Below, piece after piece: positions 26,001 to 36,100 of a stretch of DNA of 64,000 nucleotides. The DNA is taken from contig JAQGDQ010000158.1 of assembly GCA_030141605.1 (NCBI GenBank), positions 248,001 to 312,000 of the forward strand, read 5' to 3'. A program made the translations under genes and the position numbers. This DNA is from Tubiluchus corallicola. Lineage: Eukaryota > Animalia > Priapulida. The notes beneath the pieces were generated by a model. It did no database searches and was not told where the DNA came from. It worked only from the letters and a program-made list of their open reading frames with translations. Each line of letters starts with the position of its first letter. The stretch's first letter is position 1.

Positions 26001-28219
26001 CGTGCATCAAGGATCCTTTTCTTTGTTGGATCAATATATGCATCATCCTTCTTTACGTGTTTTACATTGTCAGATGTCTGGAGAGAAAGAGCAGTTCCAT
26101 CTCTATGTCTGTTTTTGTGCACATCCTCTGCTTTTAATAGTGCAAGAAATGTGGGCTTTACAACTTTTTCTTCAGCTGAAGCATGTGTTGGCATGATGTA
26201 ACCATGAGCTTGATCTGTCTGTTTTGCTTGATAAGATTTTGATGATGAATCTCCAGTAGGCCTTACGTCTTTAACTGCAACTTCTCCAATTGGTTTACTT
26301 AATTTTAAGGCATTCTCATAGGCCTTGCCTTCTATTTTGGCAACTTTTTGAATAAGTTCTCTTTCCATTTGGGATTTCAGTAATTGTTGAGATTGCTGCT
26401 GACTCAATTTTTGAGCTGATTTCTCATTTGGAGGAGTCTTGTTGGGCCCTTCTGAATCAGCTTCACCATCTTCCGGATAATCATAAATGCGTGCAACCTT
26501 TTCTCGTTTTGGAGATGTAAGACTTGGTGGCTTAACTCTTTCTACTGGATGGCTGGCGTCGTCGCTGTCTGTTGAACTTAAATCTTCAGATTCTTCTTCA
26601 ATGGTTGTAGAGAGAATACTAACATCATGAGATCTAATGATAGGGGTCTTGATCATTGCTATTGGTATATGTGCATTTGGTTCGTATTCACCTTCACTGT
26701 CACCATCAGTATTTGTGATATCACCATCTGTTGTACCATCTGTTGTAGTGCCTCCAACATCAGATGGTACTTCTTTAACACTTTCATGCTCTGAAGACTC
26801 ACTGCTGGAAGAATCAGTAGAATCATCTGAGTCGGATTCACTTTCATCTGTGCTTGAATCTGAGGCAATCAAAGCACTGTCTGACAGCTCCTGAACTACA
26901 GATAATTTTGATGGAAGACTACTTTCTGCCCATGGTATATCTATAATCTCCTTCTCATCAGGCATTAATAAAGTTTTCTTGTATTCATATGTAAAACTTT
27001 TGGGATTATGTTCTTTTATGACACTCGGTTCTGAATCAGCATACTGTGAAATAGCATCAGAAATGGGCTTTTCTTCCATAACAGGAGTCACAGTTATAGC
27101 TGATTCTGGACTAGTTGAATCTGTATCTCTTAGGTCTTTATCTGGGGATACTAAATCCTCCATACCACTATCTGGAGAGAGAACATTATTGTCAGTGGCC
27201 ATGTTGCTTTTATCTGTAGTTTTTACATCAGTTACATCACAAGTTTTAACATGGCTTACCTCTACTATATTTGTATCCTGTATACAAATCTCATGTGAAA
27301 TATCTTTAATATTTTGCACATTTACATCGTACGAACCTCTGTTGTTTTTACTTGGAAAAACAGCCTCATCACAAAACTCACTATCATGAAGCCATTTGCT
27401 GCCTGATGATGACGTCGCAGGTGCAGACTGCTGATCAATATGCTCAGGTGTGTCGTCGTAGTTACTGCTCTCAAATTCAGAATCGCTGCTGGAGGGAGAT
27501 GATGCAGACGAAGTTCTAGCATCTGACTTACTTTCAGTCTCCTCTTCTATTGTTTCCAAAAATTCAAAGTCATCTTCACTAGATATACTTGCAACATCGT
27601 ACATCACTCTATTACCACTAACACTGTATTTAATTACATCGCTAACTGATTCACTAATTTCGACAGACGAATCAATATCCGAAGTTTTGTCTGTTGTAAG
27701 TTCTGGAGCTTGACTAAATATTTTATGTTGATTAGTTGAATCAAAATCAGCTTTCACAGTTTCACTATCAGTTTGCTCTTGTCGAAGATCACATTCAATA
27801 TCAACGGGCCTAATTTCTTCTACGTTTAAGTTGCTTAAATTGACCTGCTCATTACTGGCAGATAAAACATTTGCATCATTTGCACCTTCAAGGTCATCTA
27901 AATCATCGAGACTGAATTCTCTCACTAATTGTCTTGTTGATCCACCGGGTGTCTTAGTCATGTTTTCGTCGTATTCGGAGTCTTCAGAACTGCTATAATT
28001 CACTTCAGCTCCAATGCTAGTTTGTGTCGAAATACCGCGCCTTTTTCTCCTGTCCAGAGGTGGTTCTAATGCAGCCAATGCTATGTCCTCATTCCCCAGG
28101 ATAATAAGTTTACAAGCGATAATTAACGCAAACACTGTGGTGATGGTTGCCGCCACGACTCTTTCTATTCGCCCAGTGTCTTGTCCGTACGGCATTTGTT
28201 TACGCGGATCGCCCTCCAT
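17099..28219 (-). CDS. AJM1: Giant single-exon apical junction component 1 (AJM1/AJM-1)-like protein, 3706 aa
   Basis: Uninterrupted 11,121-bp ORF. The C-terminus CFNPRC...[27 protein letters not shown]...[17 protein letters not shown]...[13 protein letters not shown]...VKKCVKVWL matches the AJM1/C9orf172 MYND-like Zn finger and conserved tail. The N-terminal half is acidic, Ser-rich and low-complexity; there is an internal PLYTDxxG repeat block. Confidence 0.88.
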   Translation of the reverse strand: [3706 protein letters not shown]

Positions 28220-31200
28220 TATTAATCTTTCTGTTCTAAACCACTTTCATCACAATAAACTGTACACAGTTTAATCATATAAACTTGCGTCTAATGGTGA
28301 TTAGTCTCTATTCAGCCACCATTTCACACCATTACTCAAACAAACAGTATCTGGCTAGAGCAAGACTCTTGTTATGCAACTGTTTGTTTCGTTTCAACTA
28401 CCATAAAAGCTCTTGTCCTTCACGGACTTGACTGGGCACTGGTTTGAAACACTTTATTTACTTCTTGTGTAAATACACAATAAAAAACTAAGACGTAGTT
28501 TTGCTGTTGGAATACTACCCGCATCATCGCATTTCTAGCATATAGCTAAAGCTTATCATACAGGTAACAGCCGCACCTGAGGGGCTCGCGATGTTGTCTA
28601 CCTAATTCCGACGCCTCTGTTTGACGCTACAATACGTTTGAAGTTACTATTTTTCAAGCATTTTTATAAACTGAATGTGTTCGATTTGACACTTTAAATC
28701 ACTTCAAAACGAATATTATCTCTAGAAATTGCTTTTGCCAGTTCAGTGGACATCTTCATATTTAAATTATAATATAAAATGGTTTGAATGACGCTCAAGT
28801 TTATAATATTTTATGATTATCGCTAATAAATACAAAATATCCATGTAAGTAGCGAATTCGTTGCCGGCTTTATAGCATAGTAACCGTACTACCAATTCTG
28901 AAAACAAAACTTATTAAAGTACGAGTTTCAAAACTCGGCAAAGTATTTTTCACTCGTGGATTGCACTGATCCGTAAAAACTGTAACAAGAAAGTTATTAT
29001 CGCAACATTATTGAGCACTTGTAACTCGCGACGCGGAACTTAAACTATAGCAGCACGAGAATGATAGAGTGTATGTCTATGAGTGTCTGAATGTTAATGA
29101 CAAAAAGCTGCTGGTGTATAATACATGTACTAATAAATCAATAGATTGCTGGCATATATTCTAGAGTTTACTGCAGGCAGGTGTAAATAAACTCTCATCA
29201 ATTATTGAGGAGCTAGAATACTTCGTAGGTTGGTGGTAGGAATGGTGACTGCTGCTTCACTCTGTGATGAAAATGAATCATTAGTCAAAATCAATTAATG
29301 ACTAGTTATTTAGACCCCATCAGAAGATACTTATTTGAAAAAAGAAAACATTTTTTAAACCGTGCACAAGTTTTCGCCCAAATATGTCTACAAGTAAAAC
29401 ATAAAAACTTTATATATTTTGCCGCAATTCTTTTGAATATTTTAATTAGTTTAATTTTGATTGATTGTTGTCACAGCCATCATCACTGTTGTTGCCGGCA
29501 ACATTATCATCATTTTTTTTCAGCTCTACATTTGCTTTTAACTAGAACTGATATTATATTTTGATTTTGCTACACAGGCGGCCCACCCTGACGGCCTTTT
29601 TTAAACTAACACTCTTACTATAAGAGGCCTATATGTGACTTTTGTAAGTTCCTTGTGTACATAATACAGTGTAATGTAATATAATATGACGTACCACAAT
29701 TACAATACAATACAATGCAATATAACACAATACAACAATATATATAATATAATAATGTAGTAAACGTTTACTTACATGAAACTATTAATGCGTGGCCTAC
29801 TCAAAAATCAACACACTAGATTTAGATTTCCTGTAATTTAAAAATGTCATGTTGGCTAAGTGAAATAAATACGTTCTAATTTTTAAATCTCGTTTGCAGG
29901 GGGAGTAATTTTATACACATTCTTATTATAGTAATTACAGAAGTTTGCTTAAATCATTCCTTCTTTTACTGTCCCGCAATAACCAAGTACACATTGTAAT
30001 TTGCTGTAAACAGTTCGTCATGAGCCCCTACCTGGTTTAAATGACAACGCTTGGCTACCCTTCATGGCCAAGCCCTTTGTGTATTGACACAACGTGTGCT
30101 TCGTTGCGCTGTTAGACTTTGCTCTTACCGCAAACACCAAACATAACACACATTCTTGGTTACATATTTTGACGGCTTATCAATACGCGGGGTGGGGCCT
30201 GGACGCAATTCCTCTTCCCCCTAATGATAAACAACACAGGTCTCTTCCTGTAGTTATCAGCGTACGCATGAGTGATAAATTTAATTGCTCGGTATGTTCT
30301 GTCAACGTAATTGCATCAAATTGCCCGCATAATTCATGTAATTCAAAACCACTGAGAACGGTACGGCTAACAAAACTGGAATTCGCTGTTGTAATAATTG
30401 TTATAATCGCACATCGTAAGCCAGTTCAGCCAGTGTAAGAGACGCTAATGATAAGTTTTAGGGGAACACTCAACTTTTGGTAAATCATGATGGTAAATAT
30501 TTTTGCAACCTGTTGTTTTGTCGTTAATTAAAATGCAAAACTCAATTTATACAAACGAATGAATATGCTGCACATTTAGTTCACTAAAAACTGATAAAAA
30601 ATTTCATTATAAACATGTCTGAAGAGACACGATACGAGCTGAACAATATTTCAAATGGAAAAAAGAAGACCAAGCACAAAAATACTAAATGCTCATTTTT
30701 CCAATTTTTGCATTTTATCGCTTAATAACCCATATTAAGTACAAAATAAGTGGCATAAAAACACAGAAAAATACTACACCTGTAGTTTTCCTGTTGTAGT
30801 TGTTTCTGTGTTGCATTTTTTGTTCATTTTCCTTCCTCTAGTTGCTGTATGCTCAAACGTCTTCTCAAACAATGTATTTTTAGGTTTTTCATTGTAAGAT
30901 ATTTTATAAAACGATCCCACTTCTTGTTATTAAGAATTATTTTTTATTGCCAAAGTTTATTTTCCATAACTAATGAAAAGTTAGTAATTAAAATTAGAAT
31001 AAAACATTGATTTTAAAGATAAATTAACAGTATAGTAAGTTCATAAACTGTATCTCGATTCTTTTCTGTTTTATGCAAGAGGTGGCACCACCATGCAACG
31101 GCATACCTTAATATTTTGAAGGTAATGGCATGTATGCTTATTGGCTAATCACTTGAAAAGTACTGGTTCAAAAATTGAGAAGTAATGATTACATTAGTCG

Positions 31201-33143
31201 GTAATTGATTTCCAAAAAGGGGGGAACTTAACCATCATGGCATTTTAATGTTAACAAATCATGATGATTAATGTGTCAAAAGTAACCTCATTTTTTGTAG
31301 CAATGAGGCAGCATGTCATATTCGACAATCATACAAATGTTCTCAAAAATAAGCTTTTACTGAGTGGTACTGAGTACATTTACCTGCTTCACAACATGTT
31401 AATTATGCAGACGAGTGCACTTGTTTTTCTAGCATGCATAAAAGTTCTCATATTCCATTGTTGTACAAGTAACAATTTGACATGATTAATTTAGCAGCTT
31501 GAAATGATGTTAGATGTTTGTTGGGAGGAATATAACGTCAACAGGCACTTTTTTCGAATGAAACAGTGGAAAATTACTCTGATGCATTGTATGCAAGAAT
31601 TAGCTCACCTATATGTTGGAAAATTTTGTGAATTTCTGCCAGAATTTTGGGATATCACTGCCCATGTGCCTTGGCTTGTTTAAAAAATAACACTTCCAAT
31701 TTTGCAAGTTTTCTTTGAAAATTTGAGATAATTACTGCTTCTGTAAGTTGGTTTTAATTTCAATGTGAATTCATTTGTTCCTAAAACATTTTGTTACAAC
31801 ATATGTCGTGTCTTGATTAATTATGTGCATTTAGTAAACGAATCTGGACGAAACGGATCAGAATCTGGATTTTTTTATGTAAAATTATTATTTAACAATG
31901 CAAACATTTTTAAATAACATGACTACTGAGTCTATATTTCAATAATCACAATCAGTAATAACATAATGTATGCAAAACAGTAACTTGTGTAATCAAATGT
32001 CAGTTGAATAAGTAATTACTGGATCTTGAAACAAAAAACCAACAATCATTAATGCACAATAAAATGAGAAACTAACAAATTACAGTTGATGTGTTTGAAG
32101 AATACATTATACAGTGAAAAGCAAAAGTATAGCTATAAAATTAAAATTCATGAGAAATATTGTTATATACTGTGACATTCAGAAAGTGACGTACATATTT
32201 GGCACCTTAATATACTATTTATCAGCTCAATTCATTACCTAGATCTTTGAAAAGTCAAACAATTCAGTAAACTGTTTCACTGAATTACTGTGCAAGTTCA
32301 AATCAATAAGTAGGTTGCCTGGGCTGAAGTGATGTTACGAGATGCAAGGTGCAATAGTGAAAATACTTTTAAGATTTTTTGTAACACTACAGCAGCTCTC
32401 AGCTAGATTGGTATCTTGGAGGTGACTAGTTTTCAAGCAGGCAAATTCATTCTTTCTGAAGTCGGTAGATGGCAGCATCTGCTAGTGCCAATAAAGAATA
32501 ACTGATTATCGTAATAGCTACTACATGCTTTGTGGCACTTTTGCTGGTAAAATGAAATTAACAATACAAAAGTAGGCTTGTTGTTTACTTCACTATAATA
32601 ATAGGATGCCATAACACTGCTACCACAGTACTGTATTTGCATTAAAAGTAAAAAACAAATTGTTATCAATGTATCAGTGTCTTGCTAAGTACAATGTCAA
32701 CTGAAAAATAGTAACCATATTTTTCAGAACATTTTTGAGAAAAATATCTTATTATTACTGAACTTGCATAACAAAAACACTTAGTTTACAAGCACTCATT
32801 AATAATGACACTTTTCTGGACAGCAATGATACATAATATGCAACTGATCATTTTCAAACGTTATCAAACAGAAAGATTGCAAGCCACTATTGTTTCTGTT
32901 TAACAAATACAAACCTGAGCGAAACATAATTTCTGTATGTTTTACACAAGATGTAGTTTTTTGCAACAAATCATGCAAATTTTGTAGAGGCCTAGGGCAG
33001 TTCTAATAACAAAACGAAATCTGCCTGGCCTGACATGCACTCTCAAAACAAAAAGCAATTTTAACTGGTTAACTTCACCTGGAATTTGTAAACTTCATCA
33101 TGCAGTATTTACCCATGTTACAGTAATTTTTCCCTACTGGTCA

Positions 33144-36100
33144 CTATTTCGGGAAACCCAGTTCGGAAACATTCGATGATGATGATTTAGTAAACATATA
33201 TATTGACCTTTGGAAGCCTGAAAAAGAATAACAACTGTTAAAAACTGAATCACCATAAGCATTCAAAAACATCATTAACAGAAGTGTCTGAGAGAATTAA
33301 ATGAGAAAGTTTCCACTGATGTATTGAGCATGCATGTGAAATGGAATGCACAAGTCAACCATTTTCTTCATTGATATTCATAGGATCATAGTGCCAACAG
33401 GTAAATCGTACTACAGTACAAGTTTCCTCTGTCAACAAGTGAAATAATATGAATTCTTTTAGCAAAATGGCTAGTATCAGGAAACTGTAGATTAAAGCTA
33501 CTCCTAGTGAGTAATTTCAGCAACATCATCATGAAGTCACAACATGATAGTGTGTCTTCATTACATCACGAAGCACGATAGCATGTCTTCATTATATCAC
33601 GAAGCATGATAGTGTGTCTTCATTACACCACAAAGCATGATAGCATGTCTTCATTATATCATGAAGCATGATAGCATGTCTTCATTACATCACGAAGCAT
33701 GATAGCATGTCTTGATTACACCACGAAGCATTATAGCATGTCTTCATTACATCACGAAGCATGATAGCATGTCTTCATAACATCATGGAGCATTACAGCA
33801 TGTCTTCATTACATCACGAAGCATGATAGCATATCTTCATTACATCATGAAGCATGATAGCATGTCTTCAATACATCACAAAGCATTATAGCATGTCTTC
33901 ATTACATCACGAAGCATGACAGCATGTCTTCATTACATCACAAAGCACGATAGCATGTCTTCAATACATCACGAAGCATGATGTTAGCACAATACATTAA
34001 ACAACAAAACCATGGAAGTCTTATGGAAATTAGTCTTGGAAAGCATGAAGCTAACGAAAACTAAATTTATGTTCTTATTTAATTGGATTAACGTATTAAC
34101 CACAAATCGTGATTAAAAATGGTTCAGTTAACATTAAGTTCATTATAACAATTATATAAACAAGTTTAGAAGTTGGTTTCTTAAAAGATTGACAGCTGAA
34201 CATATAGTCCAGGTAGAAAGACTCCAAGTCTAGTGATCACCTGCATTGTTTATGTTAACAGCAAGATCTAGACAGCAGATGCAATTCAGCCAGAACAACC
34301 CAGGAAAGACATTAAACTGAATTTATATTTAGGAGGCAAGTAGAGTATCATGAAAGTTTTCATCTAAGACATGTAAACCTCCAGTGCTTGTAAAGCAACA
34401 AATAAACTCTACCTTTTGTTCGGTGAAATGGCCTGTCAAGTAGCTCGCAGGTAGAGAATCCAACCTCTCTAGATAACAAATAATCAGTAAACTTGTCTGG
34501 TTTTAGAGAAATTGCGAGGTAATTTCTGTAGACATCTTCCTGTAAAATACAAAATTTTGCAGGAAATGTATTTAATGGAACATTTGTGCTTGGAATATCA
34601 ATGTTTAGGAAGTATCAAAGCAAAATTTCAAGGCATATTTTCAGCTAATTTCTGTGTAAATAAAACAGGAAAACAAAAACCAAAGCTGCACCTACTAGAT
34701 GGTCTATAACTACAAATTGAGATGCAGAAATTTGTTTGGTAATCATCTGTCACAACTACACACAAAACTACTATGATAAGAATCATTTCTTGCTAATATA
34801 AAATTTATAAATACTGATTTGTACACAACATCACTCATTCACTACACTATTCACCAAGATGCTTTTGCAGCATTAAAATGCCAAGAAAAATTTTGTGAAC
34901 TGAGCTTTATTGTCATATTTGTAAGATAGTAATTTTGGATATCATACGCTATACTGTAAACTGAGATAATTTTGTACACAAAACTTTTGTGTATTAAACT
35001 TCGTTGTCATATTTGCAACGTAATATTTTAATGTCAGGGACAGGGTAAACGTGAATCTAGTAATCATAAATATGTTGCATTCCTGACACTCAAAACTCTC
35101 ATGCTTAATGCTGTCATTTCAAAATGTAGCCTAGGTCAAGTATAAAAGAGTGATGTTTTAAGTACATACCGTCATGTTTTTTTTCTTGACATATGACGGC
35201 CAAGCTTGAGCTTCAAAGATTAGCCTGCCCCCTGGACGAAGATGACTGTAAACTCTGCGAAAAACTCTCTTCAAACCTTCATCTCCCCAGTTGAGATGAA
35301 TATACTTAGTTGTATTTAGCAGCAAAATGACATCAAACTGTGGCTGTTGCCTAGCGACAACATCATCAGATTCTAACACGTAATTTCTCTGCAAAAAGTT
35401 GTAACTATGTAAGAGCATGCGACTTTTGCAGATTTGTGTAAAGCAAAATTACAAATTATGCGTATTAGTTCAACTGTGAAACTTACGAGTTAAATGCTTA
35501 ACTACTAAATTTAAAATTGATAGTATTTTCGTTATTCTGTAACAATGCTTGGACAGATTAAAACAGCTTACAAACAAGTAACGTTCAGAAAAATTTGAAA
35601 AAACTGACAATACAGTCAATTGTAAATTTAACCATAGCAATACCATTAAGTTGCATCCTACCTTTATAAACTCAATGTTATTTGGGAATTTGTCGAGGGG
35701 CTGACCTGGCAAAATGCCCGTTGCTAAACTTCCATATGTCATGTACACAGATGACGGAAATGATTTTTTGCACAAGTGCCTTGATCGACGCTGCTGAATT
35801 CTGGACTTTGCTTTGTTAATCAGTCTCCCATCAATGTCAACACCCACGACTTTCTTGGCTCCTAGATGCCGTGCAATGTGACTCGCCACATCGCCAGTGC
35901 CGCATCCAATGTCTAACACATCTTTGCCGTTAAACCATTCTCTCTTCAAGCACCTGAGCCTATGATCGTAGTTTGAAGGATGTCGATGTAATTGACTGTT
36001 GTCACAGTTGCCATACCTGAAGTACTTGTCAACAGGCCTGTATGTCCGTGTTTTTGCCCCCTCTGCAGAAGCTTCAAGACTCAGACGTTTGGCAGCTTGA

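Noticed and set aside
17103-28274. Many short plus-strand and off-frame ORFs overlapping the giant ORF
   Set aside because: Shadow ORFs of the AJM1 coding sequence with no independent motifs.
33540-33982. CRISPR-like array
   Set aside because: Contiguous tandem units without unique spacers, in a eukaryotic intron with no cas genes.
35470-35661. Hydrophobic C-terminal tail of the 492-aa ORF (and its TTG start at 36948)
   Set aside because: The tail is intron read-through past the donor AAG|GTAGGA at 35662; the first in-frame ATG is at 36888.
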